DNA of 64,000 nucleotides from positions 1 through 64,000 of IMG/VR virus record IMGVR_UViG_3300005739_000002; one strand, 5' to 3'. Position 1 is the stretch's first letter. Every line of letters starts with the position of its first letter. The translations under genes and the position numbers were made by a program. The notes beneath the pieces were generated by a model. That model searched no databases. It worked only from the letters and a program-made list of their open reading frames with translations, and was not told where the DNA came from. The stretch comes from a virus. Below are positions 55,319-64,000 of the stretch, in pieces.

Positions 55319-57286
55319 ATGAATATAATAACTACACGTGAGCAACTAGATGAGATGGTTGCTTACTATATGAAACAAGATGCGTTTGCTTACGATACTG
55401 AGACTGTTGGAGAGCGCAGGGGTGTACCTGTAGTCAATGAAATTATGTGGATTAGCTTTGCTACACATGGACGCGGTGATGTAATCCCTTTAGGTCATCC
55501 AAACGGAGAGTTAACCGAAGTTATTAAACCTCTTACTGGGCAGGGAGCAAAGCGTGCCGAAAAAGGTTTGAATATAACTGATGAAGATTATTCTAAAAAT
55601 AAAAAATTACATACATATAAGTTTACTGAACCACCTACACAGTTGTACCCAGCAGAAGTATTTGAAGTCTTACGTCCTTTGTTTTTTAATCAGGCTACCA
55701 AAGTTGGTCATAATCTAGTATTTGACTTATGTTCTATTGCTAAATATTTTGGTGGCGAGGTGCCTGCTGGTCCCTATTTTGACACTATGGTTGGCTCGTT
55801 TATATATGATAACCGTAATAAGAACAAGTGTGGTCTTGATGATTGCCTAAAGCGTGAGCTGGGTTATGATATGGAAAAAGGTGTCGGAGCACAGGTAGAG
55901 GTGCATGCCTTTAGTGTTGTTGCTAAGTACGCCTACTTAGATGCTAAATATACCTTTATGCTTTACAAGGTAGTAAAACAAAAAATACAGGATTCTGGCG
56001 TAGCTAACATCATGGACCTAGAAATGGACGTGCTAAGAGTTCTCTGTGATATGAAACTTGCAGGCGCTCCTATGGACCAAGATGCTCTAGCAAAATTACA
56101 CGTGCAGTTGGAAGAGGACATTGAACGGGTACGTGGCGATATTTATAGCGCTGCTGGAACCGTATTTAATATCAATTCCAACAGAGAGAAGCAACAGTTG
56201 CTTTATCTTCCAGCGCCAGAAGGTCGTGGTCTAAAGCCAAAGTTGTACACAGGAAAAGGAAATAAGAAGGAAGCAGAAGGTTTAGAACTAACTACTGACG
56301 ACTTCTCTGTATCTGCTGAGGCTTTAGAACCATACCGAGACTCAGACCCGTTAGTAAAAGGCCTACTAGAGTACGCAGACCTTAATAAATTATTAACTAC
56401 ATACGTAATACCATACCTAGGAGGCGAAGTTGTCAGAACTACAGCAGGAAAATCAAAGACTGAGTATAGAGATAGTCTCCTCGTCAACGGTAAAGTACAC
56501 GGTGACTTTATACAGCATGGAGCGGAAACAGGTAGATTCTCGAGTCGTAACCCTAACCTACAAAATGTCCCCAACCCAGCCACAGCGCACGGTAAGGCTA
56601 TCCGAAACCTGTTCTACGCTCCAGAAGATAGCAAACTTGTCGTAGCTGATTACTCGCAGATTGAGCCACGCATAATTGCTTCTATGTCTATGGACCCTAT
56701 TATGATGAAAAACTATTTAGAAGGTGGGGACATATATACAACCGTAGGTGATGTCATGGGTGTCGACCGACAGGCTGGTAAAGTGTTGGTGTTGTCTATG
56801 GCTTACGGTGTAGGTCCCGACAAGATTGCCCGTTCTATCGGTTGTTCAGTAACTGAGGCTAGAGGGTTATTACAAAACTTTAGTGACAAGTTTCAAAACG
56901 TTAGTGCATACAGGGCAAAGGTAGTAGGTGTTGCTCGTAAGGTTGGTTATGTTTCTACTATTTTTGGTCGCAAACGCTACATACCAGAGATAACAAGTCG
57001 TAACATAGGTGAGCGTGCGGGTGCTGAACGTCAGGCATTTAACACCCGTATTCAAGGGTCTGCTGCTGACATTATGAAGCTTGCTATGATTAGGGCACAT
57101 AAGATGATACCTAAGGGAGCTAGCCTCCTGCTTACAGTTCACGATGAGTTGGTAACTATCACTCCAAACAGCTTAGTCGAAGAGACTAGGGAGGCAATTA
57201 GAGAATCTATGGAAGGTATCAAGGTTTTAGATGTACCATTGATTGCTGATGTCAAGGTCGTACAAAGATGGGGTGAGGCTAAGTGA
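55319..57286 (+). CDS. polA: DNA polymerase family A with 3'-5' exonuclease
   Basis: DTET, HNLVFD, YAYLD; TGRFSSRNPNLQN, DYSQIE, K...L...YG, QGSAADIMK, VHDE. Confidence 0.95.
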   Translation: MNIITTREQLDEMVAYYMKQDAFAYDTETVGERRGVPVVNEIMWISFATHGRGDVIPLGHPNGELTEVIKPLTGQGAKRAEKGLNITDEDYSKNKKLHTYKFTEPPTQLYPAEVFEVLRPLFFNQATKVGHNLVFDLCSIAKYFGGEVPAGPYFDTMVGSFIYDNRNKNKCGLDDCLKRELGYDMEKGVGAQVEVHAFSVVAKYAYLDAKYTFMLYKVVKQKIQDSGVANIMDLEMDVLRVLCDMKLAGAPMDQDALAKLHVQLEEDIERVRGDIYSAAGTVFNINSNREKQQLLYLPAPEGRGLKPKLYTGKGNKKEAEGLELTTDDFSVSAEALEPYRDSDPLVKGLLEYADLNKLLTTYVIPYLGGEVVRTTAGKSKTEYRDSLLVNGKVHGDFIQHGAETGRFSSRNPNLQNVPNPATAHGKAIRNLFYAPEDSKLVVADYSQIEPRIIASMSMDPIMMKNYLEGGDIYTTVGDVMGVDRQAGKVLVLSMAYGVGPDKIARSIGCSVTEARGLLQNFSDKFQNVSAYRAKVVGVARKVGYVSTIFGRKRYIPEITSRNIGERAGAERQAFNTRIQGSAADIMKLAMIRAHKMIPKGASLLLTVHDELVTITPNSLVEETREAIRESMEGIKVLDVPLIADVKVVQRWGEAK

Positions 57287-57783
57287 GTTTCTTAGATAGA
57301 TTTTTTAGACGCAAGAAAGAGTCCCCCTTTGACTTTGAGTTAATACAAAAAGATATACCGCTATCCACCCTTACCAGGTGGTACATATATGACACCGAGT
57401 TAGCTGAGCCTAATGAGATAGCAAGTTTACTTGGACTTAGTAACGTAAGCGAAGAGGGTAATGAAAAGGAACGAGAAGATAGCGATGTTCGTTTAGAAAA
57501 TATCCAACAGCTTCTTCCTTATCTTGACATCATTGCTAAGATAGGTGCGGATGTTATAACAAATATTCAAGTAAAAGAGATAACAGATAGGAATCCAGAA
57601 GACAAGGAAGAGATAGCACGAGAGGTTGGGACCATGAATGTTCTTTATCGTGTTATTGGAATGTCTGCAATAATTGGTGCATTCTCGTCTGCTATGGAGA
57701 TTGGGCTTATAAAGCCAGGAGATTTATCTGATACTCATACTTTATGGGATGAGACCTTAGAGGAAGGACACGACGATGAGTAA
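57283..57783 (+). CDS. hypothetical protein
   Basis: Coupled ORF. Confidence 0.6.
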   Translation: MSFLDRFFRRKKESPFDFELIQKDIPLSTLTRWYIYDTELAEPNEIASLLGLSNVSEEGNEKEREDSDVRLENIQQLLPYLDIIAKIGADVITNIQVKEITDRNPEDKEEIAREVGTMNVLYRVIGMSAIIGAFSSAMEIGLIKPGDLSDTHTLWDETLEEGHDDE

Positions 57784-58147
57784 CCAAAACTGGTGGGCAC
57801 AGAAACTAGGTGGACAACCTGTAGCACCTATTTATGCACAGCCTGTGCAGCAGCCTCAGCAGCCTCAACCAAACAACCTCATTCCTAATGGGCAAAACAA
57901 CAACACACCACCTGTAGTGGCTAGAGTTTCAGAACGTTGTCCAGGTTGTGGTAGCAGTAATTATGGTGGTGCAACACCAGAATCTCGCAAAAGATGTTAC
58001 GACTGTGGGTATCCAATAGTACAATCAGGTAGTGGAATGGGCCGCGGTATTGTCTCAGGACAACAAACTGCAGGTGCACCACAGCCAGCCAAACAAGTTC
58101 AATCTGGTGGCTGGAACCCAAATGTAATCATAGGAAAAATTGAATAG
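57776..58147 (+). CDS. Pro/Gln-rich protein with zinc ribbon
   Basis: CPGCGS.NY...RCYDCGYP. Confidence 0.65.
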   Translation: MSNQNWWAQKLGGQPVAPIYAQPVQQPQQPQPNNLIPNGQNNNTPPVVARVSERCPGCGSSNYGGATPESRKRCYDCGYPIVQSGSGMGRGIVSGQQTAGAPQPAKQVQSGGWNPNVIIGKIE

Positions 58148-58149
58148 GA

Positions 58150-59205
58150 ATGAATATGAAAAACGCAGAACTTATTAAAACTATCGCAGGTATTAACAAG
58201 AAGTATGGTGACGGAACTGTTGTATTAGGTTCAGATATTATTGAACAACCGCCAAGATTTACTTCAGGTTCCCTAGCATTAGATGTAGCGCTGGGAGGCG
58301 GGTGGCCTGCAAACCAGTGGCATGAACTTATTGGAGAGGCCAGTAATGGAAAGACTGCTATTGCGCTTAAGACCGTAGCAGCTAATCAAAAGCGTGACCC
58401 AGAATTTACAACTGTATGGGTAGCAGCTGAGCAATGGGTAGATAGTTACGCCCAGATGTGTGGCGTTGACACTTCGCGTGTGTATGTAGTTTCAACTAAT
58501 ATTATGGAGGAAGCATATGAAGCCGTTGTCCAACTTACAGAAAGTCGGTCGGTGGATTGTATTGTTATTGATTCGCTACCTGCCTTGGTCCCTACAGCAG
58601 AGGACGATAAGGAGATGGAGGAATCTACTGTAGGCCGTGGTGCCCTCCTAACCAACAAGTTTTTCCGTAAGGTAGGCAAGGCCTCTAAGCGCTCGCTGGT
58701 AACCCCAGAGCGCCCATTTATTGGCATCATTATTAACCAGTGGCGTTCAAAGATTGGCGTTATGTACGGAGACCCACGCACAACCCCAGGAGGTTTGGGC
58801 AAGGACTACGCTTTCTTTACCCGTTGCGAAGTCCGTCGTGATGAGTGGATTGAGGTAGGCGCTGGACAAGAGAAGCGCCGTGTAGGACAGTCAATTAAAG
58901 TTAGAGTATTAAAGAACAAGTCTGCAGCCCCCTCACAGGTCGCTACCTTTGACTTTTACTTTGCTGATGGTGGCCTAATTCCTGCTGGCGAGGTTGACTT
59001 TGCCAAAGAAATTATGGCTATGGGTATCCTTAATAAGGTAATCAAGCGCACTGGCGCCTACTACAACTATGGGGATAGAAAATGGATGGGCCAAGATGGT
59101 ATGCTTGGGGCCATACGGGAAGAGATTGACCTTAAGGAACTCCTTGAGCGCGACGTACTAGACGCCCTACGGGCAGGTTCGAAGTTCGTAGCCGATGAAG
59201 AGTAA
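58150..59205 (+). CDS. recA: RecA-like recombinase
   Basis: SGSLALDVALGGG, GEASNGKT, VIDS, INQWRSKIGVMYGDPRTTPGG, KNK. Confidence 0.93.
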   Translation: MNMKNAELIKTIAGINKKYGDGTVVLGSDIIEQPPRFTSGSLALDVALGGGWPANQWHELIGEASNGKTAIALKTVAANQKRDPEFTTVWVAAEQWVDSYAQMCGVDTSRVYVVSTNIMEEAYEAVVQLTESRSVDCIVIDSLPALVPTAEDDKEMEESTVGRGALLTNKFFRKVGKASKRSLVTPERPFIGIIINQWRSKIGVMYGDPRTTPGGLGKDYAFFTRCEVRRDEWIEVGAGQEKRRVGQSIKVRVLKNKSAAPSQVATFDFYFADGGLIPAGEVDFAKEIMAMGILNKVIKRTGAYYNYGDRKWMGQDGMLGAIREEIDLKELLERDVLDALRAGSKFVADEE

Positions 59206-59536
59206 AGGCCAAAGGGAATCTCAGAAGCACGAGGCTCGACTAGCAAAACGTGTCGGTGGTAAGCGCAATGCTGCCAGCGGTGCATTTTGGAGTCGTAAGG
59301 GTGATGTGCGGTCTAAGGACTTGTTAATAGAACACAAGTGGACTGGCAAAACTCAAGTAACTGTCAAGGCAGCAGTACTAGAAAAGATTGTCACCGAAGC
59401 CATCGTTGATAGTCGGACACCTGTCCTCGGGTTCAGTCTTAACAATAACAATTACATATTGCTAACTGAAGATGATTTTCTGGAAATGCGCCAGAATCTT
59501 CAGGAGCATAATTGTACGACGACACAGGTCACGTAG
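59195..59536 (+). CDS. PD-(D/E)XK nuclease, Holliday-junction-resolvase-like
   Basis: HE..LA...GG....SGA...KGDV....LIEHK. Confidence 0.75.
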   Translation: MKSKGQRESQKHEARLAKRVGGKRNAASGAFWSRKGDVRSKDLLIEHKWTGKTQVTVKAAVLEKIVTEAIVDSRTPVLGFSLNNNNYILLTEDDFLEMRQNLQEHNCTTTQVT

Positions 59537-59829
59537 AAGGCTGGCGACATAAAGCCAAGTGCCGCGGTATGGATACCGAGCTTTGGTTTCCCCCTCGTGA
59601 TAAAACTAAATATAGAAAAGTAGCAACGATATCTAAGGGCGTCTGCTTTGGACGTGATGGTCTGCCAGAGTGCCCTGTACGCAAGCAGTGCTTGCTGTAT
59701 TCGGACCAGATGGATGAGCAGCATGGTATCTGGGGCGGCCTTAGCCATCGTGAGCGTAACGCTCTTAAAAGAAAACTAAAAAAAGACGGAACCACTTTAA
59801 AGGAATACCTTGATGATGATAGGGTGTAG
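59512..59829 (+). CDS. whiB: WhiB-family Fe-S transcription factor
   Basis: W...AKC...D.ELWFP, C...CPVRKQCL, GIWGGLS..ER. Confidence 0.93.
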   Translation: MYDDTGHVEGWRHKAKCRGMDTELWFPPRDKTKYRKVATISKGVCFGRDGLPECPVRKQCLLYSDQMDEQHGIWGGLSHRERNALKRKLKKDGTTLKEYLDDDRV

Positions 59830-59831
59830 GC

Positions 59832-60680
59832 ATGAAAAGAAACATACAGAGCGAGGCGTTGAAAGCACTAGTAGACGTGGGTAGAGTCAAGACACGTGTG
59901 TTGGGTCCTCTAGAACGCCACTTAATAGCTGCACCTAAAGATAAAAGTCGTCGCACAGATGTTTTACATCCTTCCGATATGGTCAAGGCAGACTGGTGTC
60001 ACAGGGCTTCTTACTACCATTTGTTAGGTCGTGAGCCTCTGTCTTCAAAGGTTCATGGACTAAATACCCAGAGCATATTTGCTGAAGGACATGCCATCCA
60101 TGCTAAGTGGCAAGGGTGGTTTAAATCTATGGGTACTTTGTACGGCAAATGGTATTGCTATGAGTGTGGTGAGATATTTTGGGGCGGTTCTGATTGTCAT
60201 GATGGGCCTATTGAGTATAAAGAAATTCCTTTGTTCTATGAACCACTACGTATCAATGGTCATGCTGATGGTTTATTACTAAACCTAGGTGACCCATTGA
60301 TGTTAGAGATTAAATCCATTGGCGCTGGGACTATCCGTTGGGAAAACCCAAGTCTATTCATAGAACATAACGGTGACCTAGATAAATGCTTTGCTGCTAT
60401 CAAAGAACCTTTTGCTAGTCACGTTAATCAAGTTCAGGTATACATGAAACTTGCAGAACTTATTGGTCTTGAGTATGTTCCGCAAGAGGCTGTAATTATT
60501 TATGAGAACAAAGCTTCACAGAAGGCAAAAGAGTTTGTAATACCAAAGAGTGATTTTACTGTTGCACCATTGTTTGACGCTGCTGCTAAGATTGTAGAAG
60601 CAGTTAACAATAAAATACCACCTGCATGTAACGTAGATGGTTGGGGTAAATGCTCAAGATGTGGAGGCTACAATGACTGA
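59832..60680 (+). CDS. Cas4-like PD-(D/E)XK exonuclease
   Basis: HPS....WC.R, G..IH, GHADG...EIKS, QVQVYM, C-terminal C...C..C. Confidence 0.8.
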   Translation: MKRNIQSEALKALVDVGRVKTRVLGPLERHLIAAPKDKSRRTDVLHPSDMVKADWCHRASYYHLLGREPLSSKVHGLNTQSIFAEGHAIHAKWQGWFKSMGTLYGKWYCYECGEIFWGGSDCHDGPIEYKEIPLFYEPLRINGHADGLLLNLGDPLMLEIKSIGAGTIRWENPSLFIEHNGDLDKCFAAIKEPFASHVNQVQVYMKLAELIGLEYVPQEAVIIYENKASQKAKEFVIPKSDFTVAPLFDAAAKIVEAVNNKIPPACNVDGWGKCSRCGGYND

Positions 60681-61167
60681 GCTAGTGGCTACAGGAGTAA
60701 GTGAACAGGTATTAAAACAGTTGGAAGAGCAAGGTCTTCCTTTTAAACGGTCCTTAAAGTTAGAGTTGCCAGACTTTCCTAGCGATATAACTTTAGTTGA
60801 TGATGTAGAGCTTATGAGCATGGCTAGCAAGTACATTGAGAACATGAACTTCCTTCGCACCCAGGCGGCCTGCGCTGAGCTAGCAGAACTAGAGGCTGAG
60901 ACTTTATACAATGATGCAGTAAACGCTGGTTTACTATCTAAGACCACAGGTAAAGCATCAGAGAAGGCTACCCTTCTTAGGGCACAGGTAGATGGCGACC
61001 CCGCAGTGCGTGAACTGGCTGACGCATACGCGTATTCTCGGGCCTATCATAAAATGATTAGAACTATCCTAGATAACATTGAACGTTACTACTCACTGAC
61101 CAGCAGGGAACTAACACGCCGTACTTCTACCAGCCGAGTCACTGGGTTTAACAGGTATGCCCCTTAA
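60673..61167 (+). CDS. helical coiled-coil protein, possibly UvsY-like recombination mediator
   Basis: All-helical, SRELTRR C-terminus; context of RecA/nucleases. Confidence 0.45.
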   Translation: MTELVATGVSEQVLKQLEEQGLPFKRSLKLELPDFPSDITLVDDVELMSMASKYIENMNFLRTQAACAELAELEAETLYNDAVNAGLLSKTTGKASEKATLLRAQVDGDPAVRELADAYAYSRAYHKMIRTILDNIERYYSLTSRELTRRTSTSRVTGFNRYAP

Positions 61168-61699
61168 AAAAATTGAAGGAGGTCTAGACCGCGAAAGCAG
61201 TAGCTTTTATTTAGGCATAGACCAGTCCTATACGGGGTATGCGATATGCGCCTATTATGAAGAGAAGTACTACATAGAAGTATTTAAATCAGACAAGCGC
61301 GGCATCAAACGCTTGGTAGAAATTCAAGATTACTTATATGAGTGGATGGGTTATAAATCTATATTAGATGTAGCCATGGAAGGCTACGCTATGGGCGCCA
61401 TGGGTAAGGTGTTTCACCTAGGAGAGCTGGGTGGCATGACTAAATTAACGCTCGCCGTCCATAATTTATATCCATTGATAATCCCACCAACAACATTAAA
61501 GAAGTATGTAACAGGTTCAGGCACAGGGCAGAAGAACCAGATGATTTTGCATACCTATAAGAAGTGGGGTCAGACTTTTACAGATGACAACGCTGCAGAT
61601 GCTTATGGACTTGCCAGACTATGCTCAGGCGATGGTAAACTAGCTTATGAAAAGGCCATATACCAACAGGTACAAGACCCGAAGTACAGGGAGATTTGA
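61157..61699 (+). CDS. RuvC-like Holliday junction resolvase
   Basis: LGIDQS...G, AMEGY, LGELGG, P.TLKKYVTG.G...K, DNAADAYGLA. Confidence 0.85.
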   Translation: MPLKKIEGGLDRESSSFYLGIDQSYTGYAICAYYEEKYYIEVFKSDKRGIKRLVEIQDYLYEWMGYKSILDVAMEGYAMGAMGKVFHLGELGGMTKLTLAVHNLYPLIIPPTTLKKYVTGSGTGQKNQMILHTYKKWGQTFTDDNAADAYGLARLCSGDGKLAYEKAIYQQVQDPKYREI

Positions 61700-61959
61700 T
61701 GAGTAAGAGACAAGAAAAAATAGCGCAACGCCAAGAAGAGCAGGCGGCTTTTATTAAACAGCGCAGATTACAACAGCTAACGCTTTTAGAGATGCAGTTT
61801 AAAAGAGGCGTAGAGCTTTATGAAGAAAACAAAGACAAGCTATCTGAAGAAGAAGTAAAGCTTTTAGAAGAAGAAAAACAAAAGTTTATGGATGCTTTAT
61901 ATAAGTTTAAGGAGGAAAACGGCCTTGCCAAAGAAGAAGACGACACAGCAAATAATTGA
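61696..61959 (+). CDS. charged coiled-coil hypothetical protein
   Basis: E/K/Q-rich ORF. Confidence 0.55.
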   Translation: MMSKRQEKIAQRQEEQAAFIKQRRLQQLTLLEMQFKRGVELYEENKDKLSEEEVKLLEEEKQKFMDALYKFKEENGLAKEEDDTANN

Positions 61960-62218
61960 CGAATGTACCACCGACATTACGGGTCGTTCAATACATGGGG
62001 ATAAAGAGCTAAGACAAGACGGCTGGCTTACTATTGATGAGTTTATTGAACAACTTACCCCTGGTCTAACAAGTTGGCTAAAAGGTAACTGGGGGTTTAA
62101 AGGGGAGGATGACCTTCACCATCCTGTAGACCTATTCACAAACGCCTCCATTTATATGGACGTGGCATATCATGTAGCCGAGGGTTTTGAGTCCTGCCGC
62201 CATGTCAAAGAGCATTAG
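61925..62218 (+). CDS. hypothetical protein
   Basis: TTG start after AAGGAGG. Confidence 0.5.
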   Translation: MPKKKTTQQIIDECTTDITGRSIHGDKELRQDGWLTIDEFIEQLTPGLTSWLKGNWGFKGEDDLHHPVDLFTNASIYMDVAYHVAEGFESCRHVKEH

Positions 62219-62423
62219 AGCCCTTAAACCCGATTACACGGGGACCATGGAATATGAGGACCAAGTCCTACACGAATGCCCCGTATGTGGCTCAGATATA
62301 TGGAATATTAAAGCTAGTTTTGACGACTATGAAATAGCCCAATATTTCTTGGATATGGAGTGCAGCAGCTGCGGGACCTATGCCAAGGCCCCTACCCCTT
62401 TAGACAGACCAAATCTAATTTAA
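62202..62423 (+). CDS. zinc-ribbon protein
   Basis: CPVCGS...MECSSCGT...APTP.D. Confidence 0.7.
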   Translation: MSKSIRALKPDYTGTMEYEDQVLHECPVCGSDIWNIKASFDDYEIAQYFLDMECSSCGTYAKAPTPLDRPNLI

Positions 62424-62468
62424 TATAGATAATTAATACTCCAACCGCAACACTAATAGGAGTATTAC

Positions 62469-62750
62469 ATGTCAGAAGAACAAAAGGACGACCAGGTCCT
62501 ACGCGTAAGCGCGGGGTCTAATCCACAAGCTGTAGCTTCAGCTATTGCTCATAGTATTTATGAGACCCGTGCTTGCAAGATTCGTGCAGTAGGCGCTGGG
62601 GCAATCAATCAGGCGGTAAAGGCAATCGCTATTGCCCGTGGGTATACCGCTCCAAGGGGTATGGACCTTATTTGTATCCCAGGGTTTACCAGTATTGAGA
62701 GCCATGACGGCCAGATATCTGCAATTGTGTTTGATGTCAGTGCACGTTAA
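62469..62750 (+). CDS. spoVS: SpoVS-family (Alba-like) protein
   Basis: VLRVSA.SNP..VA.AIA...RAVGAGAINQAVKAIAIARG...P.G.DL.CIPGF.....DG..SAI.F.V. Confidence 0.9.
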   Translation: MSEEQKDDQVLRVSAGSNPQAVASAIAHSIYETRACKIRAVGAGAINQAVKAIAIARGYTAPRGMDLICIPGFTSIESHDGQISAIVFDVSAR

Positions 62751-62808
62751 CCCTGTATTTCCCCAATAAATACCCTACTCTGTTTATACCTTCGGCCAAA
62801 GGATTAAT

Positions 62809-63156
62809 ATGACAAAAGACTCAACTAAGAACTCGAAGCCACTGGCTCCGACTTCTGCCTCCGCATCTAATGCGACGGGTGCAAAGCCTGCAAAGGTTGC
62901 TGCCCCTCTTAAAGGCAAACTTGTAAAGAAGACTGGAAATGCTAAGGGCGGAACTGACCCATATCGCCAAGCAAAGCCATCCCGCAGCAATGTCTCTGCA
63001 ACTGGCGGAGCTCGTTACGGCGTTCGCGTTAAGTTCCAGAAGTCAGTCGCACCAGAAGCTAGCGCAACGCAGGCAAATGGGCGTATACTTTCCTCAGCAG
63101 TTAATCGTGGTATTCAAGCACCTCATTTCACTGAGGGTAAAGCTGACCACAATTAA
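62809..63156 (+). CDS. basic low-complexity protein
   Basis: K/A/S/T-rich; followed by terminator. Confidence 0.6.
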   Translation: MTKDSTKNSKPLAPTSASASNATGAKPAKVAAPLKGKLVKKTGNAKGGTDPYRQAKPSRSNVSATGGARYGVRVKFQKSVAPEASATQANGRILSSAVNRGIQAPHFTEGKADHN

Positions 63157-63170
63157 GACAACTAAATAGC

Positions 63171-63210
63171 GCGAAGGCCCCCTGGCACGTACAGGGGGCC
63201 TTCGGCATTT
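63171..63210 (+). terminator. intrinsic terminator
   Basis: CGAAGGCCCCCTG...CAGGGGGCCTTCG-GCATTT. Confidence 0.8.
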
Positions 63211-63300
63211 ACGGGAATAATCTAATTTAGATTACGTTACAATCTAATAGTCCTGCCAAACGGGGGACATTAACCTAATCATGTCTAAGGAGTGATTATT

Positions 63301-63804
63301 ATGGCTTCAGGCTACCCAATGAAATGGGAAAAAGAACCTCACCGTGTGTGGGGAGAACAAAAAGAAATCCGCCCAGTTACACCGCAGATAGACCCCTTTA
63401 CGGCTCTGCATAGAATGCTAGACCCGTGGACTGTAGGGTTCCAGCGTCACCTAGACTTCTTTAAAGGACTAGAGGACGTTAGAATTACCAGCAGCTATCC
63501 ACCCTACAACATCAAAAACCTACCCGATGATAAAGCCCAGATTGAATTGGCTATTGCGGGATTCACCAAAAAAGATGTTAAGATTTCCTATAAGGAAAAT
63601 ATCATCACGGTAGAAGGTAACCGTGGGGAAGATGATGGGGATTACGCACACAAGGGCATAGCAGCACGCAACTTCGTACAGAAGTTTGCTATTGCTGATG
63701 ATGTAGTAGTAAACGGTGCATCACTTGAAGATGGTTTATTGACTATCGACCTCGAACGTATTATTCCAGAGGCTAAAAAAGAAAAGTCCATCGACATCCA
63801 CTGA
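63301..63804 (+). CDS. small heat-shock protein Hsp20 (IbpA-like)
   Basis: SYPPYNI, IELAIAGF, Y.HKGIA.RNF, A.LEDGLLTI.LERIIPE. Confidence 0.92.
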   Translation: MASGYPMKWEKEPHRVWGEQKEIRPVTPQIDPFTALHRMLDPWTVGFQRHLDFFKGLEDVRITSSYPPYNIKNLPDDKAQIELAIAGFTKKDVKISYKENIITVEGNRGEDDGDYAHKGIAARNFVQKFAIADDVVVNGASLEDGLLTIDLERIIPEAKKEKSIDIH

Positions 63805-63822
63805 CGTTCACCTACGTACAAT

Positions 63823-63853
63823 AAAAGGCCCGTGAGAATATCGCGGGCCTTTT
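63823..63853 (+). terminator. intrinsic terminator
   Basis: AAAAGGCCCG...CGGGCCTTTT. Confidence 0.85.
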
Positions 63854-63920
63854 GCTATACATTTGCACTTTTTCTGGTAGGCTTATGTGTTGAATCGCCC
63901 GCTAGTCAAAGAGAGGTCGA

Positions 63921-64000
63921 ATGGGTACAAAGACACTAGGCGCTATATTAGACGGTTTTATTGCTGATTCTAAGCAGCCTAAAAGATGTAAAACACAAAA
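63921..64000 (+). CDS. N-terminus of a hypothetical protein running off the window
   Basis: SD GAGG then ATG; MGTKTLGAILDGFIADSKQPKRCKTQ open to the end. Confidence 0.5.
   Translation, partial: MGTKTLGAILDGFIADSKQPKRCKTQ

Noticed and set aside
55319-59205. Inteins or introns in PolA and RecA (TerL and DnaB also considered)
   Set aside because: Lengths are normal and no intein or homing-endonuclease motifs were seen; the insertion in the PolA exonuclease domain is short.
59832-60680. Cas4-like gene as evidence of a CRISPR-Cas system
   Set aside because: Solo Cas4-like nucleases are common in phage recombination modules; no cas1/cas2 or array.
1-64000. Alternative genetic code or stop-codon reassignment
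   Set aside because: Genes are intact under the standard code, all three stops are used, and no suppressor tRNA is present.

Overview
A 64-kb segment of a double-stranded DNA myovirus (contractile-tail phage). All genes but one are on the + strand. WhiB, leaderless mRNAs, a PASTA-like domain, an actinophage-type membrane protein and moderate GC point to an actinobacterial host, possibly freshwater acI/Nanopelagicales-like (inference). Gene order: (i) 1-2.5 kb, C-terminus of a Pro/Cys-rich protein followed by a Cys-rich small protein, a Gnt1/GT60-like GlcNAc transferase and a DUF6065-like protein; (ii) a PASTA-like virion protein, a secreted lysozyme-like transglycosylase, holin-like genes and a KTSC protein; (iii) terminase, portal, scaffold and N4-gp56-type major capsid; (iv) a ~13-kb fibre/appendage block (collagen, Mtd-N, Gly-rich/CBM proteins, GT2-TPR glycosyltransferase) between the neck genes; (v) a cassette of five tiny Lys-rich proteins, four missed by the ORF track; (vi) sheath, tube, a chaperone with a probable +1 frameshift, tape measure and baseplate; (vii) replication/recombination genes (initiator, DnaC-like loader, DnaB, primase, dNMP kinase, SNF2 helicase, SSB, PolA, RecA, resolvases, Cas4-like nuclease), three tRNAs, WhiB, SpoVS and Hsp20. 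Best candidates for new biology: a virion-fibre glycosylation system, the Lys-rich/MCATCGC micro-protein cassette, a stand-alone anti-SD-like sRNA, a non-canonical late promoter (CTGACW-N17-GACAMT) and neck-anchored branched fibres. All family assignments come from motif recognition by eye; no database search was run.
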